Assembly: GCA_024638815.1 (NCBI GenBank)
Contig: JAHEJM010000003.1
Coordinates: 39,887 to 103,886, forward strand
DNA from: Acidimicrobiales bacterium
GTDB lineage: Bacteria > Actinomycetota > Acidimicrobiia > Acidimicrobiales > SZUA-35
Reading direction: 5' to 3'
DNA: 64,000 nt
The position numbers and the translations under genes were made by a program. Positions within the stretch are counted from its first letter, which is position 1. Each line of letters begins with the position of its first letter. Positions 8,315 through 17,004 of the stretch are shown piece after piece. The notes beneath the pieces are model-generated. The model did not search any database, had not been told where the DNA came from, and saw nothing but the letters and a program-made list of their open reading frames with translations.

Positions 8315-9135
8315 TCCCGCTGCTCAACGCCGAGACCCAGCGGTACCTGAGTCGCCGGGTGACCCTGTTCTTTCCCTTGACCCTGGCGCTGCTCATCGTG
8401 GTCGGCGTGACCATCGCCTACTTCGTCATCACCGCTCAGGACGATTCGGTCGATTTCGTGAACGACATCGCCTTCGGTCCATCGCTGGCAGACCAGCCCG
8501 GTGCGTCCAACGTGCTCGGCCCCTTGGGGTTCCTGCTGCCGATCATGGCCTACACCCTTGGGGCCTCGTTCTACGGCGCCGACCAGAAGACCGGCGTGAT
8601 CGAGCTCCTGGCCACCTGGGAGCCCCGTCGACTGCGACTGCTGGCGGCCCGGGCCATCGGTGGTTCGGTCGTGTCCATCGTGCTCGGCATGCTGGTCAGC
8701 GCCGTGTCGGTCGCCGCCTTCTACGTGCTGTCGGCCACCACTGGTACCACCGACGGCATGACCGGGGAGCGGTGGTGGTGGATCACCATGGCCGTGTTCC
8801 GTACCGGCCTGCTGTGCGCCGCCTTCTTCCTGTTCGGATTGGCTCTCACCGTGCTGGCCAACAACTCGGTGGCCTCGATCATCTCGTTCGTCATCTACGC
8901 CTTCGTGGTCGAGAACATCCTGCAGATCTTCGTGGGCTGGCTGGCACCATGGCTGCCCATGGCCAATGCCGGAGCGTTCAGCGCCGGGGTCGACATGCAG
9001 ACCGTCACCCTCGACACCCTCGAGGAGCCGACCAGCCACCACGGCTGGTTCGTGGCCGGTCTGGTCGTGCTGGCCTACCCGGTGGTCGCCTACATCGCCG
9101 CCGCCGCCGTCTTCGACCGCCGCGACATCACCTGA
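8311..9135 (+). CDS. ABC-2-type transporter permease
   Basis: 274 aa with about 6 hydrophobic segments. GTGA overlap with the upstream ATPase stop. Confidence 0.7.
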   Translation: MIPLLNAETQRYLSRRVTLFFPLTLALLIVVGVTIAYFVITAQDDSVDFVNDIAFGPSLADQPGASNVLGPLGFLLPIMAYTLGASFYGADQKTGVIELLATWEPRRLRLLAARAIGGSVVSIVLGMLVSAVSVAAFYVLSATTGTTDGMTGERWWWITMAVFRTGLLCAAFFLFGLALTVLANNSVASIISFVIYAFVVENILQIFVGWLAPWLPMANAGAFSAGVDMQTVTLDTLEEPTSHHGWFVAGLVVLAYPVVAYIAAAAVFDRRDIT

Positions 9136-9194
9136 CGGCCATCACCGGACCTTCGGCTCTAGCCGACGGTGATCGCAGGAGTGAGGCTGGTGAC

Positions 9195-10112
9195 GTGGAG
9201 CAGCCGATCGTCGAGATCGACGAACTGACGAAGTACTACGGAACACTGGCGGCGCTCGATGGGCTGAGTCTCTCGGTTGCCAGAGGGTCCATCTTCGGAT
9301 TCCTCGGGACCAACGGTGCCGGCAAGACGACGACCATCAACATCCTGCTCGGTCTGGTCGAGCCCAGCGGTGGCGCTGCGTCCGTCCTCGGGTTCGATGT
9401 CGTCGACGAGTCGGACGAGATTCGAACCCGGGTGGGGGCCCTGCTGGACGAGACCGGCCTGTACGAGCAGATGTCGGCCTACGAGAACCTGTGGTTCTAC
9501 GCCCGGGCATGGAGACTGCCGAAGGATCAGGCGGAGGCGAGGGTGGAACGGGTGCTGTCCGATCTGGGGCTCTGGGATCGGCGTCACGATCCGGCCGGGT
9601 CGTGGAGCAGGGGAATGCAGCAGCGCCTGGCCCTGGCTCGGGCCCAGCTTCATGATCCCGAGCTGTTGTTCCTCGACGAGCCGACCGCCGGACTCGACGT
9701 CGTGTCCGCTCGTGAGGTGCGTGATCATCTGGCCGGGCTTGTCGGGCGGGGCACGACGATCTTTCTGACCACGCACAACATGACCGAGGCCGAGGAGCTG
9801 TGCGACCGTGTGGCCATCATCCATCGTGGTCGCCTCCTGGCCGACGGGCATCCCGACGAGTTGCTGTCGGCGTCGGGGTATGAGGTGAACATCGAGGGTG
9901 TGAACCTGGACGGGGCGGCCGAGGCCATCGTCCGCCGGCCCGACGTCGTCTCCTGCGTGAGCGAGGATGGGCGGCTGAGGCTGCGGCTGACCACCCCCGA
10001 TCCCTCCGCCGTGGTGGCTGACCTGGTGGCGGCCGGGGTCTCCATCCACGAGGTGCGGCGGGGCACCCATCTGGAGGACGCCTTCCTCGAACTGGTGCGG
10101 GAGGACTCATGA
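9195..10112 (+). CDS. ABC transporter ATP-binding protein (ABC-2 type)
   Basis: Walker A GTNGAGKTT, signature WSRGMQQRL, Walker B LLFLDEPT. The likely start is GTG 9195 (VEQPIVEIDELTKYYG), after GGAGTGAGG. Confidence 0.85.
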   Translation: MEQPIVEIDELTKYYGTLAALDGLSLSVARGSIFGFLGTNGAGKTTTINILLGLVEPSGGAASVLGFDVVDESDEIRTRVGALLDETGLYEQMSAYENLWFYARAWRLPKDQAEARVERVLSDLGLWDRRHDPAGSWSRGMQQRLALARAQLHDPELLFLDEPTAGLDVVSAREVRDHLAGLVGRGTTIFLTTHNMTEAEELCDRVAIIHRGRLLADGHPDELLSASGYEVNIEGVNLDGAAEAIVRRPDVVSCVSEDGRLRLRLTTPDPSAVVADLVAAGVSIHEVRRGTHLEDAFLELVREDS

Positions 10113-10846
10113 TCACCGACATGAGCACCGTCATCTGGAAGGAGTGGAAGTCGCTCTTCCGCCAACCGGGCAGTCGCCTCCGAATGGCCCTCACCGTTCT
10201 CATCCCCCTCGGCTACTTCGGCATCATTGCACCTCTTCAGGCCGGCGGGGAGTTCACCACCGGTGCCGAACCGTGGTTCATCGCCGTCGTGCTACCCCTG
10301 CTCACCGTGATCATGACCGCCCCCGACTCGTTCGCCGGCGAGCGGGAACGCAAGACGCTCCGAACCCTGCTGGCCAGCACGCTTTCGGACTCCGCCATTC
10401 TGTGGGCCAAGCTCGGGTTCGCCGTGCTGCTGGGCATGGCCATGATGATCGCCACCCTGGTTCTGGCCATGGTCGTGGTCAATCTGTTCACCAACACCAC
10501 CGGGGTGGCGGCGATCGGGGTCGCTCGACTGATCCACATGATCGGTGTCTCGCTGCTGCTGTCGGCGATGGCCGCCGGGGCCGCCGTCCTCATCTCCCTG
10601 CGGGCCGAGACCGTTCAACAGGCCCAGCAGACGCTGGCCGCCGTCTTCTTTGTGATTCCCAGCGTGCTCGGCCCCGTGCTGTTGATCACATCGGGCGACG
10701 GAGAGTCGGGCCCGGTGGTGGCCTTCTTCGACTGGTTGGGAACGACATCGGGACGTCTCACGGTTGTCGTCGTGCTGGCCGTTCTGGCCGTCATCCTGCT
10801 GACGGCGGCCCGGGTCGGTTTCCGCCGAACCAGACTCGTGTCCTAG
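10109..10846 (+). CDS. ABC-2-type transporter permease
   Basis: 245 aa, multi-TM. ATGA overlap with the upstream ATPase. Confidence 0.7.
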   Translation: MITDMSTVIWKEWKSLFRQPGSRLRMALTVLIPLGYFGIIAPLQAGGEFTTGAEPWFIAVVLPLLTVIMTAPDSFAGERERKTLRTLLASTLSDSAILWAKLGFAVLLGMAMMIATLVLAMVVVNLFTNTTGVAAIGVARLIHMIGVSLLLSAMAAGAAVLISLRAETVQQAQQTLAAVFFVIPSVLGPVLLITSGDGESGPVVAFFDWLGTTSGRLTVVVVLAVLAVILLTAARVGFRRTRLVS

Positions 10847-10908
10847 CGCCGCAGCAGGGTCGTCGGCACCGAGCGCCGTGCCGTCCCACTCGGTCACACG
10901 GTCCGCCG

Positions 10909-12069
10909 TCAGGCCACCAGCCCGGCCCCGGCCGACGCCATGGCGGGGTAGAGGCGAACCGGAGCCACCGGCGGCTGCTCGGCCGGGGGTTCGTAGCGCT
11001 CCAGCAGCTCATGGCAGAACGCCTCGACCTTGTCGGCGGCAACCAGGGCGATGGCGCCGCCGGCGAACCCGCCACCGGTCATCCGGGCTCCGAAGCAACC
11101 GGTGCAGTTCCGAGCCAACTCGGAGATGGCGTCGAGGGCCGGTCCCGACACCTCATAGTCGAACTGCAGGCTGTGATGGCTGCCGTTCATCAGCACTCCG
11201 AGCACCGACAGGTCGTCGGCCCGCAGTGCCTCGACCGCGGCCAGGGTTCGAGCGTTCTCGGTCACCACATGGCGGGTCCGGGCCTGGAGCACCGGGTCGT
11301 CCAGCCGCTCGATGTCGTCCAGGGTGGCGTCCCGCAGCGAGTCGTAGCCCAGCGCTCTGGCCGCCGCCATACAGGACGCCTGGCGATCGGCGTAGGCCGA
11401 TTCCACCAACTCCCGCCGGGTGCCGGTGTCGAGCACCACAATCACGGCGTCGCCGGGCATGGGCACCGGGGTGATGGTCAGGTCGGCGCAGTCGATGAGG
11501 GTGGCGTGCCCGGCCACCGAGCCGATCGACGCCAGCTGGTCCAGCATCCCGCTGGGCAGGCCCATGATCTCGTTCTCCACCCGCTGACCGAGGCGGGCCA
11601 TCTCGGTCGGCTCCACTGCGATGCCGGCCAGGGCACCGAACACCAGCCCGGTCGCCACCTCCAGCGCCGCCGACGACGAAAGGCTGGCCCCGGCTGGAAT
11701 GTCGGTGGCGATGGTGCCCCGCCACGGCCCGATCTCGTAGCCGGCATCGGCCAGCATCACTCCGGTTCCGTGCACGTAGCGGGCCCAGGTTACGGTGTGG
11801 GCCGGGTCGTCGGACAACGTGAACCGGGCCTGCCCGAAACCCTCGGAGTAGACCTCCATGGTCGAGCCGGCCCGGTCATCGGTGCTGTTGTGCAACGGGG
11901 AGGCGGCGATGACGGTGTCGAAGGGCAGCGCCATCGGCAGCACAAAGCCGTTGTTGTAATCGGTGTGTTCGCCGATCAGATTCACCCGGCCCGGAGCCCG
12001 GGCCACCACCTGAGGCGTTTCACCGAAGGTGTCTCGAAATGCGGCCACTGCCCGGTCTTGTGCCTTCAC
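10909..12069 (-). CDS. galK: Galactokinase
   Basis: GalK signature GRVNLIGEHTDYNNGFVLPMAL. GHMP kinase motif PAGASLSSSAALEVA. Confidence 0.9.
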   Translation of the reverse strand: MKAQDRAVAAFRDTFGETPQVVARAPGRVNLIGEHTDYNNGFVLPMALPFDTVIAASPLHNSTDDRAGSTMEVYSEGFGQARFTLSDDPAHTVTWARYVHGTGVMLADAGYEIGPWRGTIATDIPAGASLSSSAALEVATGLVFGALAGIAVEPTEMARLGQRVENEIMGLPSGMLDQLASIGSVAGHATLIDCADLTITPVPMPGDAVIVVLDTGTRRELVESAYADRQASCMAAARALGYDSLRDATLDDIERLDDPVLQARTRHVVTENARTLAAVEALRADDLSVLGVLMNGSHHSLQFDYEVSGPALDAISELARNCTGCFGARMTGGGFAGGAIALVAADKVEAFCHELLERYEPPAEQPPVAPVRLYPAMASAGAGLVA

Positions 12070-12174
12070 GACACCAGTGTGGCAGCCTGACTCGGCACAT
12101 CTGAACTTTGAGCCTCCTGCGACCCTTTTGGGGGTCGGCCGGCGCTCAAAGTCTGTATGCGGTATGCGGTGGGG

Positions 12175-12495
12175 CTACAGCCCGAGTTCCGCCATCAGGG
12201 TGGCCTTGGGCTTGGCCCCCACGATCGACTTGGTGACCTCGCCGTTGTGGAACACCAGCATGGTGGGGATGCTCATCACCCCGTACTTCTGGGCGATCGA
12301 CGGATTCTCGTCGACGTTGAGCTTGGTGATCTTCACCCTTCCCGCCTGTTCGGTGGCGATCTCGTCGAGTATCGGGGCCACCATCTTGCACGGGCCACAC
12401 CATTCGGCCCAGAAGTCGACCACGACCGGTTCGGCCGTAGCGCCGATCACCTCGTCGAAGGTGGCTGCGGTCAGGTTGGTTACATTCTCGGACAT
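12175..12495 (-). CDS. trxA: Thioredoxin
   Basis: 106 aa. Active site WAEWCGPCK. Confidence 0.95.
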   Translation of the reverse strand: MSENVTNLTAATFDEVIGATAEPVVVDFWAEWCGPCKMVAPILDEIATEQAGRVKITKLNVDENPSIAQKYGVMSIPTMLVFHNGEVTKSIVGAKPKATLMAELGL

Positions 12496-12573
12496 TGAGG
12501 GGGGACCTCCGTAGTTGTGCCCTGGTCAGTCTCGAAAGGGGGTCAAAGGGGGTAAATGGAGAGCAAGGGAGAT

Positions 12574-12599
12574 AACCGACCGACTGGATCGACTATTCC
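12574..12599 (-). promoter_or_regulatory. Candidate SigR/SigH-type ECF promoter (GGAAT-N18-GTT) in the trxB-trxA intergenic region
   Basis: The minus strand reads GGGAATAGTCGATCCAGTCGGTCGGTTATC. GGAAT lies at 12599-12595, followed by an 18-nt spacer and GTT at 12576-12574, about 80 nt upstream of the trxA ATG. Confidence 0.45.
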
Positions 12600-12645
12600 C
12601 ACGCCGGCCGCCGGCCAAACCGGCTGCGCCGGGTGTGAACAGCGC

Positions 12646-13623
12646 TTAGTCGTCGTGCTCTTCCAACCACCGCTCGGAGTCCATGGCCGCCTTGCATCCG
12701 GACCCGGCGGCGGTGATGGCTTGACGGTAGTAGTCGTCGATCACGTCACCGCAGGCGAAGACTCCCTCGACATTGGTCCTGGTGCTGACACCCTGGGTGA
12801 TGAGATAGCCGTTGTCCTTCATGTCGAGCTGACCCTTGAACAGGTCGGTGTTGGGCCGATGACCGATGGCCACGAACATGCCGGTGAAGGGTATCTCGGT
12901 CCGCTCGCCGGTCTGGTTGTTCTCGACGATCAGACCCTGAAGCTGCTCCTCCCCGACGAGTGCCTTGACTTCGCTGTTCCACAGGAACTTGATCTTGTCG
13001 TTGGCGAAAGCCCGGTCCTGCATGATCTGGGATGCCCGCAGCTCGTCCCGGCGGTGAATGATGGTGACCGACGAGGCGAACTTGGTGAGGAAGGTGGCTT
13101 CCTCGATGGCCGAGTCGCCGCCGCCGACGACGGCGATGTCCTGATCTCGGAAGAAGAAGCCGTCGCAGGTGGCGCAGGTCGAGACGCCGTGGCCGGTCAG
13201 CTTGGTCTCGTTGGGCAGGCCGAGCATGAGAGCCTCGGCTCCGGTTGACACGATCACGGTCTTGGCCCGGTAGGTGGGATCGTCGGCGTCGGGATCGCCG
13301 ACCCAGATCTTGAACGGCCGCTCGGTGAAGTCGACCCTGGATGCCTTGACCGTTTCGTACTTGGCCCCGAACCGGGCGGCCTGAGCCCGGAAGTTGATCA
13401 TGAGCTCGGGGCCCATGATGCCGTCGGGGAAGCCGGGGTAGTTCTCGACCTCGGTGGTCAGCATGAGCTGGCCTCCGGGCTGGTCGCCGGTGGACGACGG
13501 TTCGCCCTCGAGCACGAGCGGCGTCAGCGAGGCCCGTGCGGCATAGATGGCGGCGGTCAGCCCGGCGGGGCCGCTGCCGATGATGACGACGTCGTGAATG
13601 GATGAGGTGTCTGGGGATGCCAT
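12646..13623 (-). CDS. trxB: Thioredoxin-disulfide reductase
   Basis: FAD motif VIIGSGPAGLTAA, redox centre CATCDGFFF, NADPH motif VVGGGDSAIEEA. Confidence 0.95.
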   Translation of the reverse strand: MASPDTSSIHDVVIIGSGPAGLTAAIYAARASLTPLVLEGEPSSTGDQPGGQLMLTTEVENYPGFPDGIMGPELMINFRAQAARFGAKYETVKASRVDFTERPFKIWVGDPDADDPTYRAKTVIVSTGAEALMLGLPNETKLTGHGVSTCATCDGFFFRDQDIAVVGGGDSAIEEATFLTKFASSVTIIHRRDELRASQIMQDRAFANDKIKFLWNSEVKALVGEEQLQGLIVENNQTGERTEIPFTGMFVAIGHRPNTDLFKGQLDMKDNGYLITQGVSTRTNVEGVFACGDVIDDYYRQAITAAGSGCKAAMDSERWLEEHDD

Positions 13624-13669
13624 GGTTCTGCTTCCTGGACCTTGTGATGCCGATCGGGTGAATCCCCGA

Positions 13670-14029
13670 TCAGCCTTCCTTCTTACTCCAGAGAATCGCG
13701 CCGGCGATCACGAATATTCCGCCCAGGAGGTAGTAGGCCAGCCAGGTCTCACCGGCCTCCACGAACGGCAGGTAGCCGGTGACCGTCACCAGCAGACGGA
13801 TCAGGATCACCAGCAGCAGCACGGCCAGTACGAGGCCGATGAGAACCATTGCCAGGGCGTAGACCGCGGTGCGGGAGGCGACCAGGGCCTTGCCGGTGGT
13901 GGCGTCACGAACTGTGCCCACGTAGTGCACGACCGTGGCCGTCACCTTGGCCGGCCAGTCGTCGTCGACCGTGTCTGTCATGCGGCTGGCGCCGGCCGTG
14001 TCGGGTATAGGCTCGTTACCGGGAATCAC
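13670..14029 (-). CDS. Small two-TM membrane protein (first gene of the trxB operon). Family not recognised with confidence
   Basis: 119 aa with a GTG start and two long hydrophobic helices (VYALAMVLIGLVLAVLLLVILI; WLAYYLLGGIFVIAGAILW). 46-bp gap to trxB. Confidence 0.6.
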   Translation of the reverse strand: MIPGNEPIPDTAGASRMTDTVDDDWPAKVTATVVHYVGTVRDATTGKALVASRTAVYALAMVLIGLVLAVLLLVILIRLLVTVTGYLPFVEAGETWLAYYLLGGIFVIAGAILWSKKEG

Positions 14030-14056
14030 CCTGTCGAGCCTAGCGTCGCTTGATCG

Positions 14057-14140
14057 TTTGGACGTTCAAGGTCGTGCTATGTTCTGCGACGTTTGGCCGG
14101 ATGGCCAAACTCGGGGTGAGGCGCTCCGCCGCCGAACACA
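14057..14140 (-). promoter_or_regulatory. Conserved intergenic element, copy A: palindrome GTTTGGCC-N4-GGCCAAAC plus an ECF-like GAAC-N16-CGTCC, oriented toward the membrane-protein/trxB/trxA operon
   Basis: Its reverse complement aligns with 30834-30917 at about 65 of 85 positions (hand count). This includes an identical 13-mer GGCCAAACGTCGC and an identical TGAACGTCCAA. Confidence 0.5.
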
Positions 14141-14197
14141 GCGGTTGAGTGGCTGTTCCCGCTGAGTGGACGGGCCGAAACGGCCGGTCCTCCGACG

Positions 14198-15616
14198 CTA
14201 TGGACACGGAGTGGGCAGGGTGTGGGCCGCCGGCTCGTCGAACCGGGTGAAGGTGCACCCGTAGTCGTCGGCCGCCACCGCAGCGGGGTCGAGGGTCACG
14301 TCACCGGCGGGCCGGGGTCCGCCCTCGGCCCAGGCGATCAGGTCCGACATTCCCTCGATCAACTCACCCGAGGTGAAGCCGCAGTGGTCGACTCCCCGGA
14401 TGGCCCGCTGGACCAGCATGTCGCTCTTGTGTTGGGCGGCCACGTCCTTGGCGTACTCGATCTCATTGTGGAACGGCACGAACAGGTCACCCAGGTTGTG
14501 TAGGGTCAGCACCGGCATCCTCAGATCGCCGTTCACCGACGGTGGGTTGGCCAGCCCCTGGCGCACCCGGCCCTGGGGGTCGGGCTCCACCCGGACGATG
14601 TCGGCGTTCAGCTGGGCCTCGACGTCACTGATGGCGGGGTCGAGGTCGACCTGGTAGACGGTGTCGGTATTGTCCAACACCACACCGGGCCGCTCGGCGA
14701 TGGTGCCGTCACCGGTGCCCAGGTCCCACAGGAAGTTGCCCAGCACGCCGCCGCTGGGGATGGAGAACCAGAAGGTGAAGGCCTCGTCGAAGTTGGGCCG
14801 GTCGCCACCGCTTCGGAGCTCCACCAGCTGCTTGAACTGCTCGCCCGACTCGGTCAGGGGCAGACCCTGAAAGAAGAACCAGGTGGCGGGGTCGGGTGTG
14901 GTGCCGAGGGCCGCCTTGATCTGAGGCACGGTGTCGGAGATGTAGTCGTCGCCCACCGGGAACTGCGACCGGCCCAGGGCCAGCTGCTGACCGGCCACGT
15001 TGACATCGAGGAAGTAGTCGAACAGCTCGTAGTCACCGACCACGCCACACAGGGGCATGGCCCCGGAGTAGGTGTTGCCGTAGCGCTCGGCTGAGACGGC
15101 GGCGATATGGCCACCCATGGAGTACCCGGCGATGTAGACACTGTCGGGCCTGTCCACCTTGCCATTGAAGAATCGGGACAGGGCGTGGGTGTCCTTCACC
15201 CCCTGGGACACGTTGTAACTGTTCTTGGAGTAGGTGGAGGCGGCCCAGGCGTAGCCCTCGTCCAGCATCCAGCGGCGGAAGCCGTCGGGGAACTCGCTGT
15301 CGTTGAAGAAGAGCCGCTCACCCTCGCCCCGGTACCCGTGGGTCCACATGATGAGGTCGCCGTTCCAGTTGTCGGGCACCTCGATGCGGTAGCCGGCGTT
15401 ATTGTGCACGCCCCACAGCTGGGTAGCCGAGGTGCCATCCAGCTGTTGGAACGGAAGTGTCGACTCATCGAGCACGTACTTGGGTCTGGCCGCCGACGAC
15501 GAAGAGGGGGCGAGAACCAGGGTTATCAGCAGCAGCGCAGCGGCGATTCCGACCACCCGGGGTGTGAACCGAGAACGTAAGCCGGCGCGACGGACAGGAC
15601 GGGGGAGTTTCTTCAT
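14198..15616 (-). CDS. Secreted alpha/beta-hydrolase-fold serine hydrolase
   Basis: Nucleophile elbow GYSMGGHIAAV. The likely start is ATG 15616 (MKKLPRPVRRAGLRS...VVGIAAALLLITLVLAPSSSSAARP, signal-peptide-like). Confidence 0.75.
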   Translation of the reverse strand: MKKLPRPVRRAGLRSRFTPRVVGIAAALLLITLVLAPSSSSAARPKYVLDESTLPFQQLDGTSATQLWGVHNNAGYRIEVPDNWNGDLIMWTHGYRGEGERLFFNDSEFPDGFRRWMLDEGYAWAASTYSKNSYNVSQGVKDTHALSRFFNGKVDRPDSVYIAGYSMGGHIAAVSAERYGNTYSGAMPLCGVVGDYELFDYFLDVNVAGQQLALGRSQFPVGDDYISDTVPQIKAALGTTPDPATWFFFQGLPLTESGEQFKQLVELRSGGDRPNFDEAFTFWFSIPSGGVLGNFLWDLGTGDGTIAERPGVVLDNTDTVYQVDLDPAISDVEAQLNADIVRVEPDPQGRVRQGLANPPSVNGDLRMPVLTLHNLGDLFVPFHNEIEYAKDVAAQHKSDMLVQRAIRGVDHCGFTSGELIEGMSDLIAWAEGGPRPAGDVTLDPAAVAADDYGCTFTRFDEPAAHTLPTPCP

Positions 15617-15836
15617 GGCGGGCGATTCCGTGGCTTTGTTTCGTGTCGGTGGGCGAAGAACGTACGAGACCGACAAGGAGCTGCCGGCCGCTTCCCTCGT
15701 CTCCAGCAATACCGCAGAATGTTGCCGACTACCAAAAGGGCGATCCTTCGACAAAGAGAGGTCGAGTAGGACAAACGTCGGTAAAACTACCTAGACTGTC
15801 GGCTCGGACCCATCCCGTCGTGGGGGATGGCCAGGC

Positions 15837-16907
15837 ATGAACGGCGGAAGGGCGAGTGCATCAACCGTGACCATCCACCACCGCGCAACGTCAGGGGACC
15901 TGGGCCACACCACTGACCGTCGATTGGCTCCTGTACGGGCCGTCGCCCTGGGCCGCCACGTCGTCGCTCGATTCCGCTCTGTTCCGGTCTTCGTGCTCTA
16001 CCCCCAGCTGTTCCTCGGAATCGGTTGGCTGAGGGCTGCCGTGGCCCACGGATCGGAGCCGAACTGGTGGAATGGTGACGAGGTCGCCGAGTTCGCTCGA
16101 CTCCAGATGAGTGACGCGCTTCCCTTCTACCGCCCGTTCCTCGAGCATGTGGTTGCGGTCATGCCCGTTCTCACTGCCGTGGTGGTGTTGGCAGCCCAGC
16201 TCGCAATCGGTGTGGCCCTCCTCGTCAACCACCGTCCCTCGGTCTTCGCCCTGGTGGGTGCCTTCCTCAACCTGCAGTTCATTCTGGCCGGTCAGGTAAA
16301 CCCGTCGGTCTTCTACATCGTGATGGCGATGACCGTCGTATTGTCGAGCACGGTCGTCGGGGTTCCGACTCGGCGCTCGTATGACATCGCCGTCCGGTCG
16401 ACCATGCTCACCGTCGTCGTATTGGTGGTGTGCCTTCCGTTCGCCAACACGTTGGAGCCGGCCTCCGTTATCGCAGATCCGGCGCTGGTGATCGTGTTGT
16501 TGGCAATGCTGCTGGCGACGTCGACCTGGATCGTGCACGGCCGAAACAGCGAGGTGCCGGCCCTCGTTCCGTTCGATGCCCGCTCCTCGAGCGGCAGTCC
16601 GACCTGGTATTCGGTTCGCTGCCACTTCCGCTTCGACGAGGCCTCCTACGAGGAGCGCATCACGGTATGGCAGGCCGCCGGTTTCGACGAGGCCATCGCC
16701 TTGGCCGAGGCCGAAGCCCGTCGTTACGCCCAGTCGATCGGGGGCCGCTACCTGGAATCGTGCGACTGCTATCGGCTCACGTCGTGGCCGGTGTCGGCCG
16801 AGCCCGGGTTCGAGATCTACTCGCTGGTGCGGGCCAGCGATCTCGATCCCGAGTCCTATCTCCGGACCTTCTTCTTCAGTGGCGGTGAGTGCAGCTCCAC
16901 GATCTGA
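15837..16907 (+). CDS. Integral membrane protein (DoxX-like N-terminal region) fused to a cytoplasmic DUF4288-like C-terminal domain
   Basis: 356 aa with about 6 TM segments. The C-terminal ~100 aa (WYSVRCHFRFDEASYEERITVWQAAGFDEAIALAEAEARRYAQSIGGRYL...EIYSLV) resembles DUF4288, from memory. Confidence 0.6.
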   Translation: MNGGRASASTVTIHHRATSGDLGHTTDRRLAPVRAVALGRHVVARFRSVPVFVLYPQLFLGIGWLRAAVAHGSEPNWWNGDEVAEFARLQMSDALPFYRPFLEHVVAVMPVLTAVVVLAAQLAIGVALLVNHRPSVFALVGAFLNLQFILAGQVNPSVFYIVMAMTVVLSSTVVGVPTRRSYDIAVRSTMLTVVVLVVCLPFANTLEPASVIADPALVIVLLAMLLATSTWIVHGRNSEVPALVPFDARSSSGSPTWYSVRCHFRFDEASYEERITVWQAAGFDEAIALAEAEARRYAQSIGGRYLESCDCYRLTSWPVSAEPGFEIYSLVRASDLDPESYLRTFFFSGGECSSTI

Positions 16908-17004
16908 CAGGGTGCCGCACGGTTCGCCGGCAACCCGACATGTGGATGTCAGCACCGTGTTCGACGACTTCTCGGCGTTTTGGTGGCGCCGTTAGCATGG
17001 CCTC

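Noticed and set aside
10144-12090. 648-aa ORF on the plus strand spanning the second ABC-2 permease and all of galK. Similar long ORFs occur elsewhere (3086-4168, 8173-9042, 19144-20046, 20767-21915, 23520-25331, 25457-27217, 26905-28185, 34270-35406, 35313-36959, 38093-40627, 46400-47896, 48606-49838, 54348-55769).
   Set aside because: These have Arg/Gly/Pro/His-rich, motif-free translations. They lie antisense to, or out of frame with, genes that carry clear family signatures. Such shadow ORFs are typical of high-GC DNA, where stop codons are rare.
12119-12139. Hairpin GCGACCC-TTTTG-GGGGTCGGC downstream of trxA, considered as an intrinsic terminator.
   Set aside because: The stem is short and no U-tract follows on the transcribed (minus) strand. 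It is plausible but cannot be supported without 3'-end mapping.
14079-14165. 28-codon ORF MFCDVWPDGQTRGEALRRRTQRLSGCSR inside conserved element copy A. Copy C begins similarly (MLCDVG...).
   Set aside because: In copy B the ATG is AAG and a 1-nt indel shifts the frame, so conservation is at the nucleotide level, not the peptide level.
16925-16960. Small palindrome GACAT-GTGG-ATGTC upstream of the acyl-CoA dehydrogenase, considered as a TetR-type operator.
   Set aside because: The arms are only 5 bp, there is no adjacent regulator gene, and such palindromes are expected by chance.
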